The notes: generated by a model not told the origin, from the sequence alone. DNA of 64,000 nucleotides from an uncultured Gammaproteobacteria bacterium (GCA_964448725.1 CAYVAJ010000001.1:71525-135524), one strand, 5' to 3'. Shown: positions 19,710 through 30,659, counted from the stretch's first letter. Made by a program: numbers and translations.

Positions 19710-20702
19710 ATGATTAACAGATCTCTGCTTGAATATCTTTTCAAAAACCAAATTATTGTTGCGCTTGTGGTGCTTGCATTTGCCTGGATATTACTCGAGC
19801 TCATAGGAGTTGTTATTGCTGGTTTTATTGCGTATATTATTATGGCTGCAATCGCACCAGTTGTGGATACACTCACAAGCAGAGGTGTCCCAAAAGCACT
19901 TGCGGCAGCAGCAGTATACTTGCTAATTGTAGCTATTTTAGTGCTCCTTATTTTCCCTCTTATTCCATTCTTCTCAACCCAAATAACCCAATTATTTAAA
20001 GGACTTCCTGTATACATTCATAATGCAACAGAAGTTCTTGGTGTTGAGGCAAATCAAGGAGAAATACAAAATATTATTTCTTCACAATTGGGCTCACTTG
20101 GGAGCAATGCAGTTCAACTTACTTCTCAATTATTTGGCGGTATTTTTAATGTTTTGACAATTGTTGTACTGAGTTTTTACCTATTGCTTGATCATAATCG
20201 GGTACAAGGTAGTATTGCTTCACTCTTTGCTCCAAATGTGCGAAAAAAAGCTCAACAAACGATAGAAAAAGTAGAGGATAAATTGGGCGCATGGCTACGC
20301 GGCCAAATATTTTTATCATTTGTCATAGGATTTGTAACATGGGTGGGTCTCTCAATTATTGGTGTTGAGTACGCTTTGCCATTAGCATTACTTGCCGGTA
20401 TGCTTGAGATCGTTCCAACACTTGGACCTATTCTTGCTGCAATTCCAGCAATCATTATTGCGCTTAGTATCTCGCCTACGATGGCTATTTTTGTTGCAGG
20501 TTTGTATGGACTTATCCAGGTCCTTGAAAACAACTTTTTAGTTCCTCGTATTATGCAGCGGGCAGTTGGTATCCATCCGATTGTGGTAATTTTAGGAATT
20601 ATTATTGGCGGACGCTTATTAGGAGTACTTGGTGCGTTACTCGCTGTTCCGTTCATCTCATTATTTATCGTTATTGTTTCTGAAATTCGTCGAAACGAGT
20701 GA
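19710..20702 (+). CDS. AI-2E family transporter (PerM-like permease)
   Basis: LVPRIMQRAVGIHPIVVILGIIIGGRLLGVLGALLAVP C-terminal signature. ATG at 19710 preferred over the GTG at 19683, which overlaps a TATAAT box. Confidence 0.75.
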   Translation: MINRSLLEYLFKNQIIVALVVLAFAWILLELIGVVIAGFIAYIIMAAIAPVVDTLTSRGVPKALAAAAVYLLIVAILVLLIFPLIPFFSTQITQLFKGLPVYIHNATEVLGVEANQGEIQNIISSQLGSLGSNAVQLTSQLFGGIFNVLTIVVLSFYLLLDHNRVQGSIASLFAPNVRKKAQQTIEKVEDKLGAWLRGQIFLSFVIGFVTWVGLSIIGVEYALPLALLAGMLEIVPTLGPILAAIPAIIIALSISPTMAIFVAGLYGLIQVLENNFLVPRIMQRAVGIHPIVVILGIIIGGRLLGVLGALLAVPFISLFIVIVSEIRRNE

Positions 20703-20714
20703 TACAATTGCCCC

Positions 20715-22034
20715 ATGATTTCAACATTTAACCAAGCGCAGAAGTATCTTTTTGCCCATATTCCAGATAGTAACGAGAGGAAGTTTCCTGGTGAGCAGGG
20801 GTTAGCACGTATGCGTGCATTAGTCTCTGTTCTTGGAAATCCGCAGGAAAAGTACCCCGTAATTCATATTGCAGGGACTTCTGGGAAAGGATCAACAGCA
20901 ACTCTTATAAGTACGATGATTGCAAGCCAGGGATTTAAAGTAGGACTGCATCTTTCTCCTCATCTGCTTGATATTCGTGAGCGAATACAAATTAATAACA
21001 CACTTTTAAGTAAGGAAAAGTTTGTTGCATATCTTAATGAAATTATTCCTGCTGTTGAAAAAGTATCAAGCGGAGAGTATGGAGCTGTAACATACTTTGA
21101 GATTCTTGTAGCACTTGCATATTACACATTTTGGAAAGAAAAAGTACAGTATGCGGTAATTGAGACTGGAATGGGTGGGAGGTTTGATGGAACCAATATC
21201 GTACAGAATCCTGAAAAATTATCAGTTATTACCAAAATCGGGTATGATCACACAACAGTATTAGGAAAGACTCTTTCTGCAATTGCATGGCAAAAGGCAG
21301 GTATTATTCATTATGATAACCGAGTAATCACCGTGGATCAGCCAAAGTCTGTCTCTAAAATAATTAAAGATGCAGCAGATACGCACAAGGGAGTTCTTAT
21401 TATTGTAAATAAAAAATCTTTTTCCATTAACTCAATAACTGAACAGGGAACAATCTATTATGATAATAAGCGTAAGCAAGAAGCACATTTAGGGTTGATT
21501 GGTGCTCACCAAGCAGAAAATGCAATGGTTGCACGCGAAGTTATTTCTCAGTTATCAAAGAGAGAGAAATGGGAAATAAACGAAGAGAGTTTGGTAAATG
21601 CAGTGCAAAATCTTCATCTTCCCGGAAGGATGGATATAGTGCATGACAATAAAAGTAAGCTCATAATAGATGGAGCACATAACAAACAAAAAATGAATGC
21701 ATTTTTGTCTGCTCTCACCACGCTATATCCAGGAGAAAAGTTCACATTTTTAGTTGCATTTAAGCATGGTAAAGACAGTAAACAGATGATAGAACTCTTA
21801 GAAGAATATGCAAAAGAGATTATAGTGACTGATTTCTGGGTAGACAGCCAAGATATGCTCAATATCTCAGAATCGATAGATACAGTTGTCTCATATGTGA
21901 AAAATATTCCGGTAACTGCGATAACCGGTCCGAAGAATGCACTTGCGTATGCCCAAACTCGTGACTCTCGCATCGTAATTACAGGATCACTGTATTTCTC
22001 TGCAGAAATATATGAAGCCTTAAGAACTGGTTAG
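20715..22034 (+). CDS. folC: folylpolyglutamate synthase / dihydrofolate synthase (Mur-ligase family)
   Basis: IHIAGTSGKGSTATLI P-loop, VIETGMGGRFDGTNIV and DGAHN motifs. Confidence 0.8.
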   Translation: MISTFNQAQKYLFAHIPDSNERKFPGEQGLARMRALVSVLGNPQEKYPVIHIAGTSGKGSTATLISTMIASQGFKVGLHLSPHLLDIRERIQINNTLLSKEKFVAYLNEIIPAVEKVSSGEYGAVTYFEILVALAYYTFWKEKVQYAVIETGMGGRFDGTNIVQNPEKLSVITKIGYDHTTVLGKTLSAIAWQKAGIIHYDNRVITVDQPKSVSKIIKDAADTHKGVLIIVNKKSFSINSITEQGTIYYDNKRKQEAHLGLIGAHQAENAMVAREVISQLSKREKWEINEESLVNAVQNLHLPGRMDIVHDNKSKLIIDGAHNKQKMNAFLSALTTLYPGEKFTFLVAFKHGKDSKQMIELLEEYAKEIIVTDFWVDSQDMLNISESIDTVVSYVKNIPVTAITGPKNALAYAQTRDSRIVITGSLYFSAEIYEALRTG

Positions 22035-22060
22035 CAGTCTATTGACACGACTGATAAAAA
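22032..22060 (+). promoter_or_regulatory. sigma70-like promoter for clpB
   Basis: TTGACA (22032-22037), 17-nt spacer, TACAAT (22055-22060); ATG at 22077 gives a very short leader. Confidence 0.45.
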
Positions 22061-22076
22061 CAGCTACAATATTTGC

Positions 22077-24236
22077 ATGGATAATGATGCAGTGCAAGAC
22101 TTTCTCAAGCCAGTAAGCCCTGAGGAAGCACTCAAAAAATTTACCATTAACCTTACTGAAATTGCCCGAGAGGGGAAAATAGATCCTGTGGTAGGACGAG
22201 AAAATGAAATTCGGCGTATTATGCAAATTTTGTCTCGTCGTACGAAGAACAATCCCATTTTGATCGGTGATCCTGGTGTTGGAAAAACAGCAATTGTTGA
22301 GGGATTAGCACAAAAGATTATCAACAATGAAGTACCGACAACACTCAAAGATAAAGAATTACTCTCACTTGATTTTGCACAGCTTTTAGCAGGAGCTAAA
22401 TTCCGAGGAGAATTTGAAGAACGGCTTAAAGCAGTCGTAAAAGGAGTTGAAGAAGGTGAGGGAAAGTATGTGGTTTTTATTGACGAGCTCCATACTATTG
22501 TTGGTGGAGGGGCCTCAGAAGGTGCGGTTGATGCGGCAAATATTCTTAAACCCTCACTTGCGAGAGGAACCCTTCGGTTGATTGGAGCAACAACTATTCA
22601 GGAATACCGAAAGTACATAGAGCGTGATCAAGCACTTGCACGAAGATTCCAGCCAGTACATGTTGATGAACCAAGTAGAGAAGATGCTGTTTCAATATTG
22701 CGGGGTATTAAAGAACGGTATGAACTGCATCATGGTATTAGAATTACCGATAATGCACTGATTGCAGCGGTTAAGCTATCTGCTCAGTATATTTCACATC
22801 GCTATTTGCCGGATAAAGCAATTGATCTGATAGATGAAGCTGCGTCAGGTATAAAAATTGAGACAGAAAGTATGCCAACAGAGCTTGAAGAGTTGAGGCG
22901 CAAGATCACGCAAATTGAGATTGAACAAGCAGCGCTTAAGAAAGAGAATACCCCTGTGGCGAAAAAGAAATTAGATGAAGGAAAAGAGCAGTTAGCAGAG
23001 TTGAAAACAAAAGAACAAGAGCTTGAAAAACAGTGGAATGAGCAAAAAGAGATAATGCAGCAGATGCAGACAGTAAGAGCTCAGATTGATGCACTAAAAA
23101 TTGAGCTTGAGAGAGCGGAACGATCAGTAAGTCTTGAAAAAGCGGCTGAGATAAAGTACGGAAAACTTCCTGAGCTTGAAAAAAAGCTTACCCAACTGCA
23201 TGCAGAATGGGATAAGATCCCGCGTGAAAAGCGGATTTTACGCGAAGAAGTTGATGAGGAAGACATAGCACGGGTTGTAGCTCGATGGACCGGTATTCCG
23301 GTGAATGCTATTCTTGAATCAGAGACAGAAAAACTCGTGCATCTTGAGCAAAAAATGCATGAGTTGGTGGTTGGACAGACAGATGCACTATCAGCGATTG
23401 CCAAAGCAATTCGGAGAAATCGTTCTGGAATTTCTGATATGACCCGTCCTATTGGCAGTTTTCTATTTTTAGGACCTACAGGTGTTGGGAAAACAGAAAC
23501 CGCACGAGCTCTTGCCCGCTTACTTTTTAACGATGAGCACGCAATGATCAGAATTGATATGTCTGAATATCAGGAGTCTCACACTGTTGCACGGCTTATA
23601 GGTTCTCCTCCGGGGTATGTAGGATTTGATGAAGGAGGACAGCTTACTGAAGCAGTTCGACGCAAGCCATACTCAGTAATTCTTTTTGATGAAATAGAAA
23701 AAGCACACCCACAAGTTTTCAATCTGTTTTTACAGTTACTTGATGATGGTCGTTTGACTGATAGTAAGGGTGTAACAGTTGATTTTCGCAACACTATTAT
23801 TATTATGACCTCAAATCTAGGGAGTGAGATGATCTATGAGTATGCTGGTAAAAATGAAAAAGAATTAGAATTAAAACTTTGGCAAGTGCTGCGTGCACAT
23901 TTTAAACCAGAATTTTTAAATAGACTGGATCGCGTTATTATGTATCATCCGCTTACAAAAGATGAAATATTGAAGATTAGTAGACAGCAGCTTGAGCGAG
24001 TGCAAAATAGGCTTGCTGAAAACAATATTCAATTAAAAATTACTGATGAACTTGTAAAATACTTCGCAGCTGCTGGATTTGATGAAACATTTGGTGCACG
24101 GCCACTGAAACGCTTGATTGATGAAAAATTGCTTGATGAACTTGCCTTACAAATTATTGAAGGTAAAATTGTGCCAGGAGATGCAGTCATTCCTCACGTG
24201 AAAAACGACAAGATAGAGTTTTCACTTCCGTCATAA
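22077..24236 (+). CDS. clpB: ClpB disaggregase (AAA+ chaperone), N-domain-less form
   Basis: Two AAA+ modules ([15 protein letters not shown]; [15 protein letters not shown]), a long coiled-coil M-domain between them, and GARPLKRLI at the C-terminus. At 719 aa it starts directly at NBD1. Confidence 0.9.
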   Translation: MDNDAVQDFLKPVSPEEALKKFTINLTEIAREGKIDPVVGRENEIRRIMQILSRRTKNNPILIGDPGVGKTAIVEGLAQKIINNEVPTTLKDKELLSLDFAQLLAGAKFRGEFEERLKAVVKGVEEGEGKYVVFIDELHTIVGGGASEGAVDAANILKPSLARGTLRLIGATTIQEYRKYIERDQALARRFQPVHVDEPSREDAVSILRGIKERYELHHGIRITDNALIAAVKLSAQYISHRYLPDKAIDLIDEAASGIKIETESMPTELEELRRKITQIEIEQAALKKENTPVAKKKLDEGKEQLAELKTKEQELEKQWNEQKEIMQQMQTVRAQIDALKIELERAERSVSLEKAAEIKYGKLPELEKKLTQLHAEWDKIPREKRILREEVDEEDIARVVARWTGIPVNAILESETEKLVHLEQKMHELVVGQTDALSAIAKAIRRNRSGISDMTRPIGSFLFLGPTGVGKTETARALARLLFNDEHAMIRIDMSEYQESHTVARLIGSPPGYVGFDEGGQLTEAVRRKPYSVILFDEIEKAHPQVFNLFLQLLDDGRLTDSKGVTVDFRNTIIIMTSNLGSEMIYEYAGKNEKELELKLWQVLRAHFKPEFLNRLDRVIMYHPLTKDEILKISRQQLERVQNRLAENNIQLKITDELVKYFAAAGFDETFGARPLKRLIDEKLLDELALQIIEGKIVPGDAVIPHVKNDKIEFSLPS

Positions 24237-24366
24237 CTATTAGTAAATCCCAATATACACATAACAATCTCCAAATAAATTCTAAATTAAAATAAGCCAA
24301 GTGAGTATTTGATTATTGGAGTTTAAGTGCTTTTGTAATAAAAGTAGGGATAGACTTGACAGGGAG

Positions 24367-24395
24367 TTATCCACATTCGTATACTGTTATCCACA
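24367..24395 (+). promoter_or_regulatory. two perfect DnaA boxes (TTATCCACA) upstream of dnaA
   Basis: TTATCCACA at 24367-24375 and 24387-24395, direct orientation, 11 bp apart. Confidence 0.6.
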
Positions 24396-24484
24396 ATGAA
24401 GAGTATATATAGCGTTTAATCATTAGTTTTCACACTATTTTAAGTATTTAAACGCGTGAAAATACTACCTCATCTAGCATTTTT

Positions 24485-25825
24485 ATGGACGATTTGTGGA
24501 AATCAGTACTTGCTGAAATTGAAATTACTGTATCAAAACCTACTTTTCACATGTTCTTTCGTGGTACTCATCTTGAAAGTCTCGAAAATAATGTCGCGAC
24601 TATTTCAGCTCCCACTATTATGATTGCTGATTACATAGAAAAACGATATTACGGCATGATAAAACAGAGTATTGATAAAAAAACAAATCAAGATGTGAGT
24701 CTGGTCTTTTTGACTAATACGAGTGCAAAGAGACGGGAACAGAACGGAAATGCCGGGCCGCTTTTTTCAGAACTTCCAACGCTTAATAAACCTCGTCCTC
24801 ATAGAATTAAGAAAGAATACACATTTGAGTCATTTGCGGTGTCTGAAACAAATCAACTTGCATATACCGCGGCTCAAGCAGTGGCGGCGAATCCAGGTGA
24901 CAGATATAATCCTGTTTTTCTATACGGAACAGTAGGGGTGGGAAAAACACATTTAATGCATGCAATTGCAAACTTCATTTTTGAAAAAAACAATGATGTT
25001 CATGTGTTGTATCTGACAACAGAAGAATTTACCAATGAGGTAGTAGAGTCAATTCGGGGTAAAACAACCACGCAAATGCGTAAGAAATTTCGTAATGTTG
25101 ATTTGCTACTGCTTGATGATATTCAATTTTTGAGTGGGAAAGAAAAAGTACAGGAAGAGTTGTTTCACACGTTTAATAGTTTAATTGAAAAAGGTGCACA
25201 AATTGTCTTTACATCAGATCGTCCGCCTGATGAAATCCCGAAGATAGAAGCACGTCTTGCTTCTCGTTTTGAAGGAGGTCTGACTGTGGATATTGAACCA
25301 CCTGATTTTGAATTGAGAACGGCAATTTTACTCATGAAATCTGAAAATTATGCGCTAGATTTTTCCATGGAAATGGCAAAACTTGTTGCAGAAAGAATTA
25401 CAGATACAAGAGCACTTGAGGGTTTCTTAAAAAAACTTTCTTCACTGATGAATGCAAATCCAGAAAAACATATTAGCGAGCAAGCGATACTGCGTCTGCT
25501 TGGGAAAAAGGCAGAAGTACCTCACACCATTAAACCAGATCAGATTATTGAATCAATTTGTGATTATTACACGATTAAAGCAACGCAGTTGAAAGGAAAA
25601 AAAAGAGATGCTCATTTGGTGAGACCTCGGCACGTTTGTATGTACCTTTTAAAAGAAGTGGGAGGGCTTACGTATGCTGAAATAGGTAATTTATTAGGGG
25701 GAAGAGATCATACGACTGTTATGCACGCAGTTGAAAAAATAAGCAAGCTTATGGCAGACTCGGGAGTTACGCAAGAAGAAGTTGGAAGTATAAAACAGAA
25801 AATGCGTGAGGATTACCTTCAATAA
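24485..25825 (+). CDS. dnaA: chromosomal replication initiator DnaA
   Basis: NPVFLYGTVGVGKTHLMHAI Walker A, LLLDDIQFL, and the C-terminal DnaA box-binding helix-turn-helix (HTTVMHAVEKI). Confidence 0.95.
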   Translation: MDDLWKSVLAEIEITVSKPTFHMFFRGTHLESLENNVATISAPTIMIADYIEKRYYGMIKQSIDKKTNQDVSLVFLTNTSAKRREQNGNAGPLFSELPTLNKPRPHRIKKEYTFESFAVSETNQLAYTAAQAVAANPGDRYNPVFLYGTVGVGKTHLMHAIANFIFEKNNDVHVLYLTTEEFTNEVVESIRGKTTTQMRKKFRNVDLLLLDDIQFLSGKEKVQEELFHTFNSLIEKGAQIVFTSDRPPDEIPKIEARLASRFEGGLTVDIEPPDFELRTAILLMKSENYALDFSMEMAKLVAERITDTRALEGFLKKLSSLMNANPEKHISEQAILRLLGKKAEVPHTIKPDQIIESICDYYTIKATQLKGKKRDAHLVRPRHVCMYLLKEVGGLTYAEIGNLLGGRDHTTVMHAVEKISKLMADSGVTQEEVGSIKQKMREDYLQ

Positions 25826-25854
25826 GTAACTGTTTTTCACACGTTTTCCTCTTT

Positions 25855-25874
25855 TTATCCACAACTTATCCACA
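25855..25874 (+). promoter_or_regulatory. two perfect DnaA boxes between dnaA and dnaN (oriC candidate)
   Basis: TTATCCACA at 25855-25863 and 25866-25874; a degenerate box TTTCCACAT at ~25902 and an AT-rich stretch follow. Confidence 0.6.
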
Positions 25875-26025
25875 AATTTTTATGTGTATAACCATGCTTC
25901 TTTCCACATATCCCCAAAAGGAAAGTATTCTTGTTTTTTCAATTCCTGACTACTTCAAATAATTATCTTGATGTGGTACTATTGCTGGACTGTAAGTAAT
26001 TTAGTAATCTTGCAGTACTTAAGAT

Positions 26026-27126
26026 ATGAAAGCACAGCTGCTAATTGAAAATATAGAGCCTTTTTTATCATCACTTGCTAAAGCACTCCCCAACCATTCA
26101 CCTGTTCCTGTGCTTTTAAATATCTTAATCGAAGCAACACACAAAGGAATATACATCTCTGCAACCGACTTAGAACTGGGGATAAAAGTAAAAGTTAATG
26201 GCAAAATAGATGAAGAAGGTTCTGTAACTGTGCCAGGAAAACAATTTATAGAAATTATTAACTCTCTTCCCAAAGGTAAAGTTACATTAACATACGAAAA
26301 AGAAGCGGTAACCCTTGAATCATCTGGTGGAAAAATAGTCTTGCAAACTATTCCAAAAGAAGAGTTCCCAAATCTTTTTGAAGAAAAAGGTGAAAAAGTC
26401 TACAGCTTTTCAAAGGCAGAGCTTAAAGATATTTTTACAAAAATTATATTTGCAGCATCAACAGACGACTCAAGGCCTGAGCTTACAGGGGTATATATTT
26501 CCCAAAAAGAAGATCACATAGACTTTGTTGCTACTGATGGGTATCGTCTTTCACTAAAGAGGGTTTCTGGTAAGCAAATATTAGAGACTGATAATGGAAT
26601 TATTGTCTCGTCTAAATTTATTGCCGAAGCGTTAACACTCAATAGTGATACCATGGATTTTTATGTGTATTCAGAGGGGAATCAGGTGCTTTTAGAAGCA
26701 GATAATACTATTTTAGTCGGTAGACTTATTCAAGGTAACTTTCCTAACTATGAGCGTGTTATTCCTCAAGAGGGCTCTACCAGTGCAGTGATTGATATTG
26801 AAGAGTTCTCAAAATCAATAAAGCTTGCAGCAGTTTTTGCTCGTGAAAGTGCAAATATTGTGCGGATTAGAATTGCAGATAAACAACTAAGCCTCTTTTC
26901 TCGTTCATCAGGAATTGGAGAAGGGGATATTCAAATTGCCGTTGAACAGACAGGTGAGGACAATGAAATTGCATTTAATGTAAAATTCTTAAGCGATCTA
27001 CTGAGAGTGGCTGGTGAGAAAAGAATTACACTTGCTATTAACGGCCCTCTTGAGTCTGCGCTTTTTACCCTTGAAAAAGATACCGACTTTCTGCACGTTA
27101 TCATGCCTGTTCGAGTGCAAGAGTAA
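26026..27126 (+). CDS. dnaN: DNA polymerase III beta sliding clamp
   Basis: 366 aa; three-domain clamp pattern (LLNILIEATHKGIYISATDLELGIKV ... VRVQE). Confidence 0.9.
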   Translation: MKAQLLIENIEPFLSSLAKALPNHSPVPVLLNILIEATHKGIYISATDLELGIKVKVNGKIDEEGSVTVPGKQFIEIINSLPKGKVTLTYEKEAVTLESSGGKIVLQTIPKEEFPNLFEEKGEKVYSFSKAELKDIFTKIIFAASTDDSRPELTGVYISQKEDHIDFVATDGYRLSLKRVSGKQILETDNGIIVSSKFIAEALTLNSDTMDFYVYSEGNQVLLEADNTILVGRLIQGNFPNYERVIPQEGSTSAVIDIEEFSKSIKLAAVFARESANIVRIRIADKQLSLFSRSSGIGEGDIQIAVEQTGEDNEIAFNVKFLSDLLRVAGEKRITLAINGPLESALFTLEKDTDFLHVIMPVRVQE

Positions 27127-27133
27127 CTATTCT

Positions 27134-27844
27134 CTACCTCTTTTGCTCGGTTGTCCAATGAATTTGGAATTCTAGAGTGTTTACTCCGAGTGACTCAAGG
27201 GTGGTGATTGTTTCATCTTTATACTGTTGGATTTGCTCTGGAGTAGGAGTACTGATGTCCTGAATATATATCTTTCCCTCAAATTTTTTCTGATCTAAAT
27301 CAAAGTAGACAAAGTAATTATCAGTCATGAGTGGAAGCTTATCATACCAGGGATAGTTAGTATAAATATCTGACACCCACTTTCCAAATTCTTCATCTGC
27401 TTTTGCCTGATTTTTAATTTGGTCATCTACAGGTACTTCCTCAGGATTTTCAGGAGTTGAGAAGCTCCAAGAATATAGAGGATTTGAGAAATAGGTAACA
27501 GTAAGCGAATATGAGTTTTGCATCCATAATGGAGCTGTTGGGGTGAATGTGAGAGAATTATCTGTTTGCCATTCATAGTTTCCGGTGATTCCCGGTTGTG
27601 CAACTATTTGTATGTGAGATTGTTCAGAATTAGAAAGTGATCTGGAGAAGGTAATAGAAATCGGTTCATAAAGACTTACTACTTGTGTCTGATTTGATGG
27701 GGTTACCGATGTAACAGAAAATGATGCAGAAGGCTCACTGGTATTATTAAAAATATATAAAATTGAGAACAATATCAGGAAGCTACCTGCAAGCACAGAG
27801 AGTATAATAATGATAAATTTTTTATATGTACTAAAGATATGCAT
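27134..27844 (-). CDS. hypothetical membrane-anchored protein with predicted beta-sandwich ectodomain (last gene of the T4SS-like operon)
   Basis: TM helix followed by a S/T-rich beta-strand region. Start moved to the internal ATG (MHIFSTYKK...) to remove overlap with the upstream gene. Confidence 0.4.
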   Translation of the reverse strand: MHIFSTYKKFIIIILSVLAGSFLILFSILYIFNNTSEPSASFSVTSVTPSNQTQVVSLYEPISITFSRSLSNSEQSHIQIVAQPGITGNYEWQTDNSLTFTPTAPLWMQNSYSLTVTYFSNPLYSWSFSTPENPEEVPVDDQIKNQAKADEEFGKWVSDIYTNYPWYDKLPLMTDNYFVYFDLDQKKFEGKIYIQDISTPTPEQIQQYKDETITTLESLGVNTLEFQIHWTTEQKR

Positions 27845-27861
27845 AAGTAAGTAGTAAAATA

Positions 27862-28551
27862 CTATCCACCAAAGCCTCTTGCCGGGTATGGAACACCTTG
27901 AATATTCCAATTTACCACCGTATATCTATGTCCATGGCGAGATGAGTTTGAGTCTATGGTGTCGATATATCCGTCTCCGTTACTATTTAAAGATATGCCG
28001 CTAACCATCGCAACATGTTCACTCCCTGTATGGGTACCTGAGACTTTTTCAAAAAAAATTGCATACCCTGGTTTTATCTGCTGAAGAGCTTGTTTTCGGT
28101 CAGCAGTGTCATATTCTACATAATGATAGCCTGATGCTTTTTTCCAATAGCTTCTCATTGATACTACTGCCTGATGGTCAAAATTTAAGCCTGATCTCCC
28201 TGAAAGATTATAAGCGTCTATAATTGAATTAGTACACCAATACAGTCCGTTTGAACTAGTACTTACTTCATGTCCTTGTCTGATAACTGCTGTGTGCGAT
28301 CCGTTTGTAATGTTTGAAACCATACGATTATAATATCCCCAAACTCCTGTTTGTAGCTCTGCATTAATTCTTTTGTTCCATTCAAGTGCTTGATTTGAAT
28401 CGATAGAGATCGTATTTGGTCTTTCTGCAGGGTTTCCCACACGAGTCGATGTCTCATTGCTTTCTTGTGCGTAAAGAGGAAAAGGGTAAAAAAGCACAGA
28501 CATTAAAAGGAGAGGAAAAAAATATAAGGTTGTTTTATTAATTATTTTCAT
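27862..28551 (-). CDS. secreted CHAP-domain peptidoglycan hydrolase
   Basis: Signal peptide MKIINKTTLYFFPLLLMSVLFYPFPLYAQ. CHAP-like Cys (LYWCTNSIIDAYN) and His (GSEHVAMVSGI) in the typical order. Confidence 0.65.
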   Translation of the reverse strand: MKIINKTTLYFFPLLLMSVLFYPFPLYAQESNETSTRVGNPAERPNTISIDSNQALEWNKRINAELQTGVWGYYNRMVSNITNGSHTAVIRQGHEVSTSSNGLYWCTNSIIDAYNLSGRSGLNFDHQAVVSMRSYWKKASGYHYVEYDTADRKQALQQIKPGYAIFFEKVSGTHTGSEHVAMVSGISLNSNGDGYIDTIDSNSSRHGHRYTVVNWNIQGVPYPARGFGG

Positions 28552-28572
28552 TAGAGGATTTTGGTTTAGTTT

Positions 28573-29733
28573 CTAGAAATTGAATTGATAAAGTTGTCCG
28601 CTAATAGTGAATAATATTGTGCGTGGCTGGTTAGTAGTAAGCAGTGAATTTGCGTCTATATCATTTGCATCAACTCCTTTTGGTAATGAAATCATCTCTC
28701 TTTCAAGTGTTGTAGGGTCAATAAGTACGAGTGAATTACCAAGAAGGGTGTAAATTTTCTCATCTGTTCCCCACGCAGATTTTTCAAGATAGAGATTTTC
28801 TCCTGCACTTCTTATCTCCTGGGTCTTGCTATTTACGACATATAATTCATAGGTAGCATTTGTTTTTAACCGGTCTGTAGTATGTTGAGAAAGAAAGAAA
28901 TTACCATTAGGTGAGGGAAGAGCACCAAATACTCTCCCATCGGTATTTAGTTGTGAGGATGATCCTGCGGAAAGGTCGTTGAGGAAAAATGTAATATCTT
29001 GAATAAAAGGTTCAGCAGGTGCAAGATACGTTGCAACAAGAGTATCAGTTATGTAATTCATTGCAGTTTGATTTCGAGTAAATGAAATATTTGTTCTCTG
29101 AGGACTGGAACCGTCAGGATCTGAATTAAACAGTACAAGCTGTGGGTTTTCAGGCTGTGATTCATCGAGTAATAAGTAGCTCAGACGTGAACCATCAGGA
29201 GAAAAGTTAATTGTCCGAATATTTTCATCAAGTTTGGTCAAGGTATTTGTTGCAACAGTATATCTCCATTTTTCTTCTGCAAAAGTATCTGTGCGGAGAA
29301 TAATGATTGCAGAAGCAAGTGTAGGTGACCATATAATATTTTCAACATCACCTTGAATAGGAGCAGATAATGCTTGTCTAGCATTTGTTGTTAAATTAAG
29401 GGAGTACAAACGGGAATCTGTTCCTGAAAAATAGTAGACTGATTGGTCTTTGTAGATAGGAAAGAAGATTTTTTTATCCTCTTCATACACAGGTATTGTT
29501 TTTGCTTCTTCAACAGGAAGCGAATGCCCAACGGGAGATAAATTTGAAGGAGTATTAGTAGGCGCAGGTACGTTGTTATCTGGGCCTTGGATGCGTGCCA
29601 TAAGCAGTGCACCAAGAACTATTAAAACAACAATAATGGCGAGTACAGAGGAAATGAGCACAATGTGTTTTTTAATGATCGATATCATACCTTCTGATTG
29701 TGGTGTGTAGTGTTGTTGTATTTGTTCGTCCAT
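28573..29733 (-). CDS. membrane-anchored PD40/TolB-like beta-propeller repeat protein
   Basis: N-terminal TM; repeats such as INFSPDGSRLSYLL and LPSPNGNFFLSQ are typical of PD40 propellers. Confidence 0.5.
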   Translation of the reverse strand: MDEQIQQHYTPQSEGMISIIKKHIVLISSVLAIIVVLIVLGALLMARIQGPDNNVPAPTNTPSNLSPVGHSLPVEEAKTIPVYEEDKKIFFPIYKDQSVYYFSGTDSRLYSLNLTTNARQALSAPIQGDVENIIWSPTLASAIIILRTDTFAEEKWRYTVATNTLTKLDENIRTINFSPDGSRLSYLLLDESQPENPQLVLFNSDPDGSSPQRTNISFTRNQTAMNYITDTLVATYLAPAEPFIQDITFFLNDLSAGSSSQLNTDGRVFGALPSPNGNFFLSQHTTDRLKTNATYELYVVNSKTQEIRSAGENLYLEKSAWGTDEKIYTLLGNSLVLIDPTTLEREMISLPKGVDANDIDANSLLTTNQPRTILFTISGQLYQFNF

Positions 29734-29753
29734 AATATTATCTTAACAAATAT

Positions 29754-30659
29754 TTATCCGCAGATATTGTGTTCTCGAGGAAATACTGCGCCTGGGGAAA
29801 GCTCATAATGGAGATGGACTCCTGTACTATACCCAGTATTACCCATTCCTCCGAGATAATCACCTTTTTTTACTGTCTGCCCTTGTCGCAGATGAGAAAC
29901 GCTATTTGAAAGAAGATGACCATACAATGCCCATGTTCCATTTCCTTCAATGATTATATGGGTTCCGTACCCATTTCCGGAACAGAGATTGTAGTAGGTA
30001 TTACATCCGGTAACAGTAAGAGTAGTGATCACTCCATCAAGAGTTGCATAAATAGGTGTCCCTTCAGCCATTACAATATCAACTGCGTTTAATGACCCAT
30101 GAGTAAATCCTCCTGAGTAGGGACATTGTGCAATATCAAATCTTCCGTTAACTGGCCATCCCCCCAGTGTATTAGGATCAATACTTCCTATAGGAGAAGA
30201 GTTTGGTTGTTCTGTAGTAGGATTACCAACTCGTACTCTTACTCTTTCACTTGCCTGTCTTTCGGGAGACGAAGGAGGGAGTCCTTCTTGACAGCTTACT
30301 GTTTCACACCAGCCTGTTGTCTGATTACATACTACATTTCCTCCTCCACCAGAAGTGCAGCTCGGAGAAAGAGTCTCACAATATCCAGGTGCTTGACGGC
30401 AGTCTGGACCTCCTGAATTAAGGGTTATGTTTTGTGATTGACAATCTGTATTTGCAGAGCATACTCCTTCCCCTGCAGGTCCTAGATTGCCACAGAAATA
30501 GGGATGAGTTGTAGGGCAGTTGTTGGTAGTTTGCGCAAAACTCGGTTGACTGGTACCAAAATACGCTCCTATAAAGAGTAGGAGAATAGGAAGAATATAC
30601 ATCCAAGAAGAAGATAAGAGGGTTTTGGATAGAAAGGAGCCTATAACTTTACCAACCAT
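29754..30659 (-). CDS. secreted M23/LytM-family metallopeptidase with Cys-rich N-terminal domain
   Basis: C-terminal GYGTHIIIE...ALYGHL...GVHLHYEL (HxxxD / HxH M23 motifs); more than 15 Cys in the N-terminal 120 aa; signal peptide ending in AQ. Confidence 0.75.
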   Translation of the reverse strand: MVGKVIGSFLSKTLLSSSWMYILPILLLFIGAYFGTSQPSFAQTTNNCPTTHPYFCGNLGPAGEGVCSANTDCQSQNITLNSGGPDCRQAPGYCETLSPSCTSGGGGNVVCNQTTGWCETVSCQEGLPPSSPERQASERVRVRVGNPTTEQPNSSPIGSIDPNTLGGWPVNGRFDIAQCPYSGGFTHGSLNAVDIVMAEGTPIYATLDGVITTLTVTGCNTYYNLCSGNGYGTHIIIEGNGTWALYGHLLSNSVSHLRQGQTVKKGDYLGGMGNTGYSTGVHLHYELSPGAVFPREHNICG

